64,000 nt of DNA from Vicugna vicugna (Eukaryota). Location of the stretch: positions 6,758,302 to 6,822,301 of the forward strand of contig MU058065.1 in the NCBI GenBank assembly GCA_013265495.1. Reading direction: 5' to 3'. Both the position numbers and the translations under genes were made by a program. Shown piece by piece: positions 1 to 12,236 of this stretch. A model generated the notes under the pieces. It did no database searches. It was not told the DNA's origin and saw only the letters and a list, made by a program, of their open reading frames with translations. The first letter of the stretch is position 1, and the number at the start of each line of letters is the position of its first letter.

Positions 1-922
1 GGGCTGAGGAGAGCCCAGAGAGGGAGGAACCGCTGGGCAGGGCTGGACCTCTCTGTGGCTCTGATCTGTCCTAGTCCTCCAGTGCCCCGGCCCCACGGCC
101 ACAGGCCACATCGTGGGGATGGAGACGGGGGAGGGGTCCTAAGCCCTGTGGGAACTCCCGCTTCTGTCAACAGGGGAGCAGCTGCTGTTGCTAGGATTAA
201 AGTCAATAAGGAAAGGATTCCTACCTGCCCCCTCCCCCAGGTCAGAGGATCAGAGGGCTAGATCAGACGTTAGAATGCTGCCCCTTCTATCCCCAGCTCC
301 CCTCAGAACTCCCAGTTCAGCTGCGAAGCCACTGCACCCCTTACCCTCCCCTCAGCCTCTGTTTCCTCTTCCTCAATCTCCGCCAGGGTCCTCGGAACAT
401 CTTTCTCCAGAAGCCCTCCAGTTTCTGTTCCCCTTCATCCCTGCGCTGTCAACTTTATTAAACCCCATGAGACCTCAGGGTCTGTTACTTCAAACCTGGA
501 CTCTGGAGTCGTGGGCTGGAGCTCCCAGTCCTCCCTTGTAGTGAGTCTCCCACTCCACATCCACCGGAGCAGCAAGAAAGGCAGGGTCAGCCCTCAGGGG
601 CGATTGCCCAGCAGTGATATGGGTATGCTGGCTATGTGACTCGCACATCCTAGAGGCTCTGGTGGCTTGGGCTGGGTGCAAGGGCCTCTCCAGGACCTGG
701 GACTGAGGTCTCCTGATGTGACCTGGGGACTGGGTGGGGAGGCAGGGAGGAGCTACTCACATGGTTGTGGGGGACAGGTATTTCTCCCCAAGCCTGGGCT
801 TTCCTCTGGGTGTCAGGGAGTTGCCGCGGCCAGCACTGCAGGGGTTCTGGTGATGTCTGGTGTCCTGACCGATGAGGGCATGGTGCCCCTACTCTGCGGG
901 GACAGCAGGGCCCAGGACTCAC

Positions 923-1000
923 CACTGCCCCGGCTCTACCCTGCCTGGGTTCCTGGAGGAATGGAGCTGAGGCTGGCAGGACTCAGCCTGGCCCCGCCTC
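923..1000 (-). other. GPBAR1: Putative non-coding 5' exon/promoter of GPBAR1 (TGR5); CDS would lie left of the window
   Basis: Strong - strand donor CAGTG|GTGAGT (intron starts at 922) and a GC box (GGCGGGGC, 991-998) just upstream. The gene identity is inferred only from recalled mammalian synteny (GPBAR1 follows ARPC2 on the same strand). The 5' boundary is unknown. Confidence 0.35.
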
Positions 1001-1749
1001 TGGGAGGTGGGACCTGGCACACCCTGAGCTGCAGTACTGGGAGGCCTTCTTCCCCTCTCTCCAGTGCCCCCTCCTTGTCCTCCGGTACCAGGGTCCTCCT
1101 CTCCAGCCACAGAACATAGCTTCCCACCAAGGTGGCAGTTCACCCAGCTTGGAGCCCTCTGGTCTGCTACTGCTTAGCGAATCTGAGAAATGCATTCCAG
1201 TTAATGAAAAATAATGATTTAGTCTACCCTCTCCACTTCCTGCCCCAGCTAATATATTTACGTTTTATGAGCCTTAAACCCTTGGCGTGGCCAGCCAGCT
1301 GACAGCACATCCAGCTCCATAATTCTGCTGCTGGTCTGCTGAGGAGTAATGCATGTCTGATGGTGGCAGGGTAGGGGTGTTTGGAGCCTGAGGATTTTCA
1401 CTGCCTGCCCCTCTCCCTATCACTTGGTAGGGCCTTTCAGCTAATAAGGCCTTCCAGAAACTGGGGTCATTCCACACTGTTCTCAACTACTTTGAGAGTC
1501 AAGTTCTGGGCTATGAGGTAGAAATGGCTCTGTGGGTATGACTTTGGGCAAATTAACTCTGGGCCTCAATTTTCTCACCTGTAAAATGGGAACAAGGGAA
1601 ACACGCCAGAGTTGTTGTGGGGATTATCTTTGGATAACTGCATACATCCCAGTGCCTCACACCTGATGGGGACAGGGTCTCAACAAATGACTCCCTTCCT
1701 CCCTCTTGTATGATTAAGAGGCATGATATCAGCAGTGTTGGTATCAGCA

Positions 1750-1945
1750 GTCCTGGGTTTGAGTGTCAGAATCCTGGTTGGATCCTATTTTTTCGTCTGT
1801 GTAAATTTGAGCAAATTATTAAAATTCTCTTGCCTTAGTTTCCTCATCTGTAAAATGGGGTTCATACTGTCCTCACCTAGTGTGAGACTAAACGAGAAAA
1901 TGTGTGATAAGGACTTGGGTCAGTTCTTGGCACGGTAACACTCAA
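1750..1945 (+). mobile_element. MIR SINE
   Basis: MIR core 'ccttagtttcctcatctgtaaaatgggg' and a 3' end like 'ttggcacggtaacactcaat'. A second MIR fragment lies at ~1525-1590. Confidence 0.8.
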
Positions 1946-3532
1946 TGAAAGGGATTTCTGGCCTTCTCTGCATGTCCCTTCCCTCTAGCCACCTGTCCCC
2001 TCTAAGAACTCCACTGAGTAAGGCAGATGGAGAGCCTGTGAAAAGCTAGAGGGGAATGACACTTTTGCTCTACAGGGAAATGGAGGAAACTAGGTAGAAT
2101 GAAAGGGAGGGCAAGTTTAAGGCTAGGAAGCCCCTGATTTCCATCTTGTATCAAGTGCAGCTTTGGAGTGAGGGAGGTAAGCTGTTACACTCGAGGCCTG
2201 AAAAGGGAGGCAACAGGCTAAACTGCAGCAAGGGAGCTAGAGGTGAGACATTAGGAAAAACTTCCTTGCTCAAGAGCACAAGTAGGTAGAGCAAGGGGAC
2301 ATCTGCTTTCTCTGGGGGAGACCCGGGCCTGAAGGGCTGGAGGCCTGAGAGGTCTAGCTCTGCCAACTCTGCACAGCAGTCAGAGATCCTGGAGACAGCC
2401 TCTGTTGGGACAAACTGTGGGAAGAGGAAAGCATTCAACTTCAAACCCATCCTCAAGGGAGCTGGTGGGGGGAGGACATTGTGTTCCAGCAGACGGCCCT
2501 CAGCCCCATGCTATCTGGTCGGGCAGAAGTCAGAGGCTCTGCAAAAGTTCAGCCTGGGGTCTGGACAGAAGTGGGAGTGGGGCCCCTCAGATACTGGGTT
2601 GCTGGGAATAAACAGACTTCTTTCTGTTCCCAGCCCTGGCCTCCTCCCTGCAGGATTCAGGATGTCTGCGTTTCTTCTTTGCTGCTCTGTCTAAACACTG
2701 TGTGTGGGATGATGTGTAGAGGGCAACCGAGGGAGCACGAGCTGAGGAGCCTGGGTTCCACCCCCTGCTCAGCCCTGTTTCTTCCTTACTGGATCATCCA
2801 GTTCCTCTCTGCTCCACCAGCCCCGGGACTGACTCACCCCCAGCCTTCTCCTCTTTGCCCACAGGAGGGCTCTGGTGCAGGCAGTTTTAAACTGGAAAGA
2901 AAACGTAAATTACACTATGCTTTCAAAGTCTCTTGTAATTATTTAGGATATAAACAAAATTTGATTCATCTGTCTTATTCTACTACTAGTCTTTAAATAC
3001 GTCTTTACCACATTGCATCCTTTCATTCTTCGTAAAAATGGATTAAGTTTAAAAAAAAAAGCTCCACCTAGCTGGTTTTGCAGGCTCAAGTCCCTGTTCT
3101 CCTTTCCTCTTCGTAGAGCCTGTGTCACGATGCTTGGGGCATGGCAGGGAATCCACCTGGGCCTCCTTCATCCACTCTGCTCTCTTGAGTATTTAATTTC
3201 TCTCTGCTGACCCTGGATGTATGGGACTGGGTGGTGCGGAGAAGGCTGGGGGTCCTCACTGACTAGATGAGCAGGGGCAATGGGTCTTCCTGGACCCTGG
3301 TGACTTCCTTGAACTGTTCAACACTCTCCATAGGCAACAGCTGATGAGCTCTTGGAAGCCTCAGAAGGGCTCTAGGCACAATCCTGTGACTGAGGCTGGC
3401 CAGGACCCTGGCTTCAGGAAGCTGTAGGTCAGCTATATGGGCTGAAGAAACTGTGGTCCTTACTGTCAGGGCTCAACAATAGATTCTCCAGGTCTCCCCA
3501 AGTCACAGAAAGTGCAGTGCTTTCAGCAGTTC

Positions 3533-3548
3533 CCAGAAGGGGGCAGCA
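3533..3548 (+). promoter_or_regulatory. CTCF-like motif
   Basis: CCAGAAGGGGGCAGCA closely matches the CTCF core consensus. Motif only; no binding data. Confidence 0.5.
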
Positions 3549-4059
3549 CTGCTTGAACAAGACAGTCCTCAGAGCAGACCCAGGCTTGGGTCATATGCCT
3601 CTGTAGTTGCCAGGATGACGGTCCATCAGGCCTACTTCACATGAGACGGACTGAAGGAAACTGAAATGGTAACTGCTGAGTATCAGCTCCGGGTAGGAGG
3701 GCTGATGCAGCAGCCAGCGTCACTTCCTCTTCCTGGCTTCAACTTCCTGCCATCTGGCCCCACACTCACTTCTTGTTACAGTCTTACTTGCTTTCCTGCC
3801 AAACTCCTGGTTCTTAGCCTGCACAGATCCCACTTTATCCAGACACAGAGAGTCCCACCAACACCCTCCTCACTGGCTGCTGCAGTTTAAGGGCCACCCA
3901 AGCAGGGGAAAAATACCAGCTTTTGTGGGGAGGATCCAGAAAACCAAAAAACAGAATCACCTACATTGGACCTTGCTTCCTCAGCAGTCCTGGTACTTCT
4001 GATCCCCTTGAGTATACAGAGATGGATCTAAGATTTATTAGATGACATTATCAATTGTA

Positions 4060-4230
4060 ATTATAGGCATTATAAGTGCCTACAATGTGACAGGCACTTA
4101 TCTGTTCTCCTTTTAAGAGCCTTGTGAGACAGGTGGTGTCATGTCCAACTAAAGATGAGGCTATCGGGGCTCAGATTAAGAAATTTGCTCAGTCTAAGCG
4201 GTAGAACCTGATTCAATCCCAAGTCTGTTT
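4060..4230 (-). mobile_element. MIR SINE
   Basis: Antisense MIR hallmarks 'agatgaggctatcggggctcagattaagaaatttgctc' and 'gattcaatcccaagtctg'. Confidence 0.65.
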
Positions 4231-5204
4231 TAAAACACTGTTTTCCACCTCTCCAGCTTATATCCAAGTCGCCTATACCTCCCAGGCATGGACCTTCAGA
4301 CCTTCAGGCAAGCGAGCCAATTAGCAGTAATTGAGACTAGAGCCCCACACCACATCCCCTCAGCGTGCTGACCCTCATCTAACCCCCCTCGTCCTACAAT
4401 CCTATGGACTTTGGCTGAAGTTATAGTGGGCCTTTGTCCACAAAGTGGAGGGAGGGTCCTTGAGACTAGAGCCACACAAATACCAAGTGTGTCTGGCAAA
4501 CAGGTGAAGACAAAGGAGCAAGTCTGGAGAGTGGTTTTCACCAGCATGGGTTTTATGCTGACAGTCTTGGTATTAAGACAGCTCCTTAGGATTTACTGCT
4601 GTAAAAAATATTTAATGCCTTTTTTCTCCTAATTCCGTATTTTCTAAGCAACTTTGGTTTGGCCATTTATAGCACTTTTCAGAAATCTGACCCCCACTAC
4701 GGCAAACTTACTAAGGAGTTACAGTCTAAAGTCAGCAAGAGAACAAAAACAGCTTCTAGCCAAAATTACCCTTTCAAATCCCTTAAATAAATAAATAGCT
4801 CCTGGGGGTACAGAACACATCTATGTCACCATCTCTTGCTTTATCTAATTTAGCCCAGTTCTCCATCCACCAGAAGTAGGTGACGAGGGACCTCATCCAA
4901 GAGAACACTGGGCCGACTCGGCACAGTGAACTCTTTGCCCTGGAAGCCACAGTCAGCCCCACCAAGGGGACAGCACTCTCCAGGGCACGTTAGTTGAGGC
5001 AATGGGCACGTAACTGCACATCCTGAGCTCTCTAAGAGCTCGTTTATACAACGTAAAGTGAAGCCTGGATGACTACAATGACCTGCGGCTTTCACATTTC
5101 TTGAGTATGACGCATAGTAAAAAGACATTTTTACAATCTAGTCAAGATATGTCTATTAACTAAAACATGCTTCAAAATCGATACTTACCCTCATTAAGTG
5201 CGAC

Positions 5205-5330
5205 ACACTCTGATTAGTCTATACTGTTACCACTGGGGGAACCTGGGTGAAGGGTACACAGGATTTCTGTACAATTTCTTATGATTGCGGTGAATCTATA
5301 ATTATCTCACAATAGTTTAGGAAATAAAAA
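5205..5330 (+). mobile_element. Old L1 (L1MC/MD-like) 3' end fragment
   Basis: 'tgttaccactgggggaacctgggtgaagggtacacaggatttctgtacaatttctt...gaatctataattatctca' resembles ancient L1 3' termini. Confidence 0.65.
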
Positions 5331-6046
5331 TGTCAGGAGATTTAAATCCATTAATAGGTCTCAAACCAGTCTGAAACACACTAAACTGGATGGAGACAAA
5401 TTAAAAGAGAAAGCAGAAGGTAGGAACCACCAGGGTCACCCTCAGACGATTCCAGATGTCCCTAAAAGAGCCTCTAGCTCTTTTCCAAGCAAACTCTCTG
5501 AATCAACTGTATTTTAGGGATCAGTGGGGACAACTTACCTTGCTAGGCTCTGTGATGTTTATTAGGTAAGTATCCCTCAAAGTGAGTTTCACAGAGGGCC
5601 AGCCTTTTGGGCTGTTGTGTGAAAAAAGACACTGTGGCCAGCTGTTTGCATTAGACCCACAATGTCCTGCAGAACCACACACAGCATGGAACACATTTGG
5701 GGAAAATGCTATACATTTTTCATGATAAAATAACAAGCTAGAAAACACTTTAGAGAGCCTGGCACTGTCCTTGGCCATTGGGAGCTTCTTGACCACAGCT
5801 GGACAGACTTAGTAACCAAGCTTTATAGTGAGCATGTTCAAGTGTACTCGGAAATGCCAACCAAGAGCTCACCAGAGGGCCACTCTCTCTTCTACAGGGA
5901 GGCTGGGGGGCCCCCGAACCTAAGCTTTTCCAGTGCAGGTCTGCAGGTTCAGGGGCAGTACTGGTGTACCCTTCACCCTTCCTCCACTCTTTTGGACTCA
6001 TGGTCCAGAAACCCAGTGAATTCTCACGTAAGATAGAAAGATTTTC

Positions 6047-6052
6047 TTTATT
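6047..6052 (-). terminator. ARPC2: ARPC2 polyadenylation signal AATAAA
   Basis: tttatt on the + strand, ~415 nt downstream of the stop codon. Confidence 0.8.
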
Positions 6053-6466
6053 AATGACCCCAACCGTATTTCTTCAGATACAGGAGTTTTGAACTCAAAT
6101 ACTTAGGAGAAAACAAGTTAAAATTGCATTATCCTGCAACTCATTACCAGTAACATATTGCAAAGCGAAATAGCTTGGAAAAGTGGGGGAAGGAAAGAGG
6201 AGTGAGGGAGGGAAGATAAAGAAAAGGAATTAAGTTGATCAAGTGGAATTCTTTTTTTTCCTTTTTTTTTTTAATTCTTGAGAACCATGAAGTCCTTGCA
6301 AGCACAGCTCATTTTCGCAGATTATTTTCCAAACGTGTACAAAATGGAACCAAAACGGAGAATCCCTTAAGAACCTGAAGAGGTGCAACAGTAAAAGCTA
6401 CGATTATCCAGTAGCAAGTGTTCCAGCCTTCAGTTGCCAGCCGCTTCCTCTTCCCGTTCCCAAGAG

Positions 6467-6491
6467 TTAGCGGGATGAAAACGTCTTCCCC
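6467..6491 (-). CDS. ARPC2: ARPC2 last coding exon: (T)GKTFSSR* followed by the 3' UTR
   Basis: Reverse complement is GGGGAAGACGTTTTCATCCCGCTAA. Acceptor is 'ctctctgcttttgaag' (AG at 6493-6492). Too short for the ORF track. Confidence 0.95.
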
Positions 6492-9231
6492 CTTCAAAAG
6501 CAGAGAGTAGGTGTGAAGGCTAGTTTCTGCTCACCTTTCCTTTTACCACACAACCTGGGCGAGGGATGGGATCCGGAAGACAGCAAACATGAAGTGGCAA
6601 GGTTCCCCAGGCAGAGGTATGCAGGAACTCCAAGCACGGGCCAAGAGCCGGCTTTCACATAAACATCTCATGAGCTCTTTCTCCTTGCTGAATACTTTGG
6701 AGTACCAAGTAATATCTGTGCTAAGCCCACGAGGACAGTAAATGTACCAAGTCAGACAGGAGAATCACGAGCCCACAATTTCTGGATGGCTCTGATCCAC
6801 TCAAGCTTCAGACTGGGCTCAACCCTCAACCTAGGAAACAATTCATGGCCCTCCTACACAGGTTATACCTTTTCAGGCTAGCAGATAGCAGTTCCTAAAA
6901 TCTTTGACCATGGGGGCAGGATGTTCACAGAGGTAACCCTCCACTCTCAAGGTTAAAGGCGCTTTGTATTGTGAAGTGGTAACGATACTCGGTCACAGAA
7001 CACTTGCCTGACTTAAGGCTCCTGAGCCATGGAGTCCTATTCCACCCAGTATTTCCCCAGAAGGGCCACCTTTGGGAACAGGCTGGTTCCCAAAGATAGA
7101 GGGTGTGCATTTGGTAAAGGTGCCTGGAAGCTAGAGTTAGAACTATGGGAAATTGGGGCAAAAATATGGGGGCTAAAGTTTTTTGCCCTGAGTGTTTCAC
7201 CCAGACCAAAATGAAACAAAAATATTCTGTTACTCACCCCCCAGTAAAAAACTCCTGAGTATTCGATTCTGGCAGAGCACTGTGGGTGCTGATGGTCAGC
7301 TTCTGATCCAAGGCTGTTTCTCACAGCAGGCCCACCACCCTCTTTCATGCTGTTCTAGGGTATAAGACCCCACACAGCAGAGTGGGGACCCAGGCTTCTC
7401 CTACCAGGCTGAGCCAGTTAACTCCTGCCCACCCTTAGGAACACGATCTGGCTTTCAGGGTGAATACAGTTGTTTGCCTCCCCCTTTTCCTCTCTGGGGC
7501 CTACCTCTGCCAAAGAGAGGTCATAGGACAGAAAAAGGCAAAGCTGTTCTTAAGTTCCAGGAAGGAGGTTTATGAGCAATTTGCTCATTTTAAGGACTCA
7601 TTCTTTCCCAGTCCCCCAACAGGAAAGGGAGTTGTCCCTGTCCCCTGGCCACTACACTCATGTGCAGTGACCAACCAGTCTGCTGGCTGTGGAACAGGGC
7701 AGGGGAAAAGCCCTGAGGGGACACTGGCGATGGCTGCCTGGTGGGCTCTTCTCCAGAATGGATGCGCAGTCATGGGGCTGACGGGGCACGGGCAGCCTGT
7801 GACTATATTTAAGATGCCCAGCCTTCCTGTCTGGTAGGCGACAGGCGGGCCAGGTCAGGATGCTTTCTGCTCTACCAGGCTACCGGTCACCTCCCAGCCT
7901 CTACTGAAGAGCCTGTCTCTCCACTAGGCCCTTAAAGTGGCATGAAATTGGCTGCCTCACATTCAAGGTCACCAAAGTGGTGCAGGTGAGAGAAGCAAGC
8001 AGGCAAAGGGGACCTGTAAACTCCGGGCTGGAGGCAAGGTTCTGCAGGGGCAGCAAGAGAACCACCCACCGCCCTGGGCACACACCGTCTCCTGCCTCCC
8101 AAACTTGTGCGTTCTGCCCATGTTGGGCTCTGCCATGAAGCTGCACAGTGGAAGGAGTCATGCTGCTCTTTCGCTGCCATGGCATGTGGACACCACTCTC
8201 TGAGCAGAGGATCTGCTATGGGCTGAACACTCGGTTGGCTCTAGACAATGGGCAGAGCTACTACAGAGAAAGGCCCCTGGTACTAATTTCCTAACAAGAG
8301 ACAGGCAGACCCTAAAGCCTGAAGAAATCAGGGGTGACTTAAACTGCTCTGTAGAAATGTCTGATGTTTCTGAGATTGATAACACCCTGGCTCAGGCACC
8401 CAAGAGTCAGACACTGCTCTCATCCTGTAAAACAGCAGCAGAAACTAGCTTGGCAGAGAGGCTTCACATGCCAGGAGGAGGAGGAGCCTGAAGCCCTAGG
8501 CACACCACACCTGCCAAAGGTCACCTCCAAGAGAATGGGGTGCTGGCCAGTGCACTGGCTGGCGGGGGTGTAGGGAGGCTTAGTTCACCTCAAGACTTTT
8601 AATTCAATGGGCACAAAAGATAGCAGATCAGCACCTATTATCTTTAGAACAGGACTGCCTGAACTTCACCAGAGGGGGACCCAAGACCCGGCACCTGGCA
8701 CAGACCTAAATCCCCAGGCCCCAGACCAAGCTGGCCTCCTGCGTGCAGAGCCTCGGCCATTTACAGCTCCCCCCATCATCTCCATCCCTGATAAAGCAAC
8801 TTCTTCTTCATGCAAAATTCCTGTCGAGAAGCAGACCAGGAAAAAAGAACACTTGGGAATGGTTCCAGGCCTATTTACTCAACTCAAATGTCCTTAAGCA
8901 AATGACTCCTATTTCTCTAGGAAGACCCCAAGAAGGACAAGACTAGCCTCTCAACTCAGGTCCAAGGAGAACACAGCTTATCTGGGTAAAAAGGTCCCTC
9001 TGTGTTTTTCGTAGCTGCCACGCTTCTCACTCACAAAGATGTAGAAAACAAGGAAACCCATTCAGAAGCGAAAGCCTGTTCATCTCATCTTCAGTCTGCT
9101 AGGCCCAACACTGCCTGCCTCACATGCAGCTACTGCCCAGACACCTGGAGGCCACCGACACCCACTACCCTCCTTCTTGGTGAGCTCCAGAGAGGAAGGT
9201 GGTCCTGTTGAGGGATGGCCCTACTACTCAC

Positions 9232-9332
9232 GTGATTGTTTTCATTTCTTTCTTCTCGGCATCTGGGCGTGCACGATTCAGCACCTTGAGAAAGTCAGAT
9301 GTTTTCGCCCGCATACGTGTGTGAATATAGGC
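9232..9332 (-). CDS. ARPC2: ARPC2 coding exon: [34 protein letters not shown]
   Basis: 101 nt, CAG acceptor, GTGAGT donor; lies within ORF 9228..9464. Confidence 0.97.
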
Positions 9333-9660
9333 CTGGAGGCAAACACAATGGGTACTGAGGCAGTCATGTTCTAGAAAGGCAGCTTTGCCTTCATTAGCAG
9401 AAGTCATCAGGAAGGTCTGGAAACAACCACCCTGGGGATGAATTAGGGCCATGCAAGGAAGCATATATTCACCTCTCTGCTACGGGGAGTGGTGGGGGAG
9501 AGATGAAGAAAGGCCATGATTTCTCAGAGCCTTTAGAACCATCTGTGTAGAGTTCATAGCAATAGCCTGAACTACACAGATGACTTTTTACGTTACCAGC
9601 TCTGGTGGAGGGAATGACGTGGAGCACAGGAGCCGAGGTGCTGCGGCTGGTCTCACTCAC

Positions 9661-9761
9661 CTTAGAGCACTTGATGTGGTAGTGCAGGTAGTCCCGGAAC
9701 GTGTGGATCAGGTTGATGGTGTTGTCTCGAGCACTGGCGTTGGTGTGGCGGGGGAACAGCA
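9661..9761 (-). CDS. ARPC2: ARPC2 coding exon: [34 protein letters not shown]
   Basis: 101 nt, TAG acceptor, GTGAGT donor; lies within ORF 9469..9861. Confidence 0.97.
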
Positions 9762-11293
9762 CTAGCAGGGGCACAGACAAGGCATCAAGGAGTAATGTCC
9801 ACGCCAAAGGGAGGGAAGACCGCAGCCTAGTCAGCTCCAATCTCTCCCTGCTCAAGGACACCCACCTGTTTCGCTACACACAGGCTTTGTCATGGGTTTC
9901 TCCTTGAGACGAGGAAGGAGTAACTACCAAAACCAGGCAGGTGCCAGTGAATGCAAATGGAGGTGATCATGTTCAAACACCAGGACTCCCCAGGGAAAGG
10001 GCCTGGTCTTGGAATTAATTCCAGGTCTGGACTCTGTGGCTGTGCATTCTGAAATCTCTTCTGTGTGCCACATATCTACTATCTCCCGCCCCTACAGTTC
10101 AACAGTCTCTCTTGGAAGATGACACTACTGGCTACTTGGGTAGACTGTGGAGCAATCAGGATTAGAGAACAAAGCCTGCCTGTCCTGGGTGCTGAAGCAG
10201 AGTAAGCCTTCAGAGAAACTAGATCCTAGAAAAGATCATGTATTCTGTGGTAAAAATCAAACATGAAGGCAGAAGAACCTGAACTCTCTTGATGAGGACC
10301 AGCAGGACTGCTCGGTTGGGAGCTGAGAAAAGCACTCCCCTCCAATCCCCTGAAGGCCTGTGCAGTCACTGAGCCCTGCACCTGGATTGACCTGCACTCC
10401 TTTCCCTCTGGATTCTTGGAATCCCCTCTATCTTCTGCACCTACTCTACTCAGTGGTCTTACCATCAGCAAAATTCTTCAGGATAAAGTTTTGCTGAAAT
10501 GAAAGGAGTGCCTCACAGGAAAGGGTGGGACCCCTATGTCAATTTGCCCTGAAGAGAAATGAGCATCAAGGCAGGAGATAATTACACTGCATGGGTTCTG
10601 GGATGTTAGTAACTGTTAGTTTACCATTAGTTCATGTATTGAGATAGGCCATGAACTGTAAGCTGTGTCTCAACCTCAAAGGGTGTTAAGTGAAAAAAAA
10701 AGTATAGCTTAGGTTTAATGAAATATGGTAAATCCACTTGCTCATCTCTGATAAACAGGTGCACCTTCAGCACTGAGATGAATTAAAGAAAACTTCACAA
10801 AAGGAGACATTTTAGTAGCAATCAGGTGCAGTGTGTGAATGAGCTGCGATTCTAAACTCAGCTATAAGGATGAGCCAGCTTATCAGACTGAAGCAACTCT
10901 AAGAGGGGAAGATGTGAATCTTTTTAGAGGGAAAGTAGGATAACTCAATCATGGCTGGAGCTCTGGCCTAATGAGCAAAAATCAAGAAATGCCAAAAGAC
11001 AGAAAATTCCCACCTAGCTACTTAGCAATACTTATGTGGGCCTAACTCCTCACACTTGACATCAGAGGCTACCTTTTTCTCCTTAGAATTTAAGAAAAAC
11101 AGGGAAAAAGGGGAAATGATCACTGCACAAAAATAGTCCACGACCTGTAATTAGTGTCCCCTGACACCCCTCCCTCAGTCATGACAATGGCAACACGAAC
11201 AGTCCAGTGTGCCTGCTTTTGCCCCCTCCCCTGACCGTTCAACTGCAGTGTGAACACACCAAGGCACACATGCGGCAGCCCAGCCCTGCTCAC

Positions 11294-11420
11294 CGAAAGT
11301 GATGTAGCCAATGTTGTCACCCACGGCAGCATCGGTGTCTTTCAGCTCCAGAGGAGGTTCCCTGTGGCTGAAGAGGACTTGTGGGGCTGTGTGGCTGGCT
11401 CTGCGTCCTTCTTTGAACTC
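11294..11420 (-). CDS. ARPC2: ARPC2 coding exon: [42 protein letters not shown]
   Basis: 127 nt, CAG acceptor, GTGAGC donor. Confidence 0.97.
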
Positions 11421-12141
11421 CTGCCAGGATGAAGCAAAAAGCAAGCAGAAGACAACCTGGTGTGACATGAATGGCAACTTGTGCTCTGGGGCTTGCCCTA
11501 TGGGTGTGACCTCTGTAGCCACTGGACCAGCAGAGGCTAAAAATAAACTACACCTAACAGGAAATACTTCAAGTGCTGGCTGCCATCAATGCACTCCAGA
11601 TTCAAAAAGGAGAGATCAGAGTACTTAACAAGTCTGATCTTCAATAAGTGAGGTAAAGCACAGTCAATTACCTCCCATTTCTCATTTTGGAAGAAGGTGA
11701 TAAAATAAATTCTGAGACTAAACAGACAACGAATTGCAAAGCACTGGGAGAACCAGATTATATTCAGGATAAGGACTATTGCTTATTAGTTTCTTTTGAG
11801 TTAATGGGAAGAGAGGTTATATTTTTCAAGAAGTCTTTAAAATTCCAGGGTGAATGAAACCCAAGCTTTAGCTTGGTTGAGACTGAAGTCTTAACTCCTT
11901 TTACCTTTGTACACAAAGCTCCTTATGAGCTGACCAATTTTTCATCACTCCTCTCACCCCTCCTCCACTTCTTCCAGTTTCAGGAATACTACTTTCTCTA
12001 GGCTCTGAGCCTTTGCACAGATCTTGTTTCACTGAAGTATCTTAGATCCTGTTACTGCTTAGAATTCATCAATCAGAACTTTAGACCAAATTTAAACCCT
12101 TCTTGGGGGCAGAAGACAACAGTATTAAAGAAGCTGAGTTG

Positions 12142-12236
12142 GTGGGGGTGGGTATAGTTCATTGATAAAGCACATGCTTAGCAAGCATGAGATCCTGGGT
12201 TCAATCACCAGTACCTCCATTTAAAAAAAAAAAAAA
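12142..12236 (+). mobile_element. tRNA-derived SINE (camelid Vic-1-like), short form
   Basis: Head 'gggtgggtatagttcattgataaagcacatgcttagcaagcatgagatcctgggttcaatcaccagtacctcc' with A/B-box-like motifs and an A14 tail. Flanked by near-direct repeats aagctgagttg (12131-12141) and aagatgagttg (12235-12245). Confidence 0.85.

Noticed and set aside
1124..1138. Additional CTCF-like strings (also 4959-4976)
   Set aside because: They need a gap or several mismatches in the 5' half of the core.
55..3210. ORFs at the left end as a possible GPBAR1 CDS
   Set aside because: None has seven-TM character or GPCR motifs.
12142..12220. tRNA-Ala-like sequence (also at 13575-13647)
   Set aside because: The poly(A) tail, TSD and broken stems mark these as SINEs, not tRNA genes.
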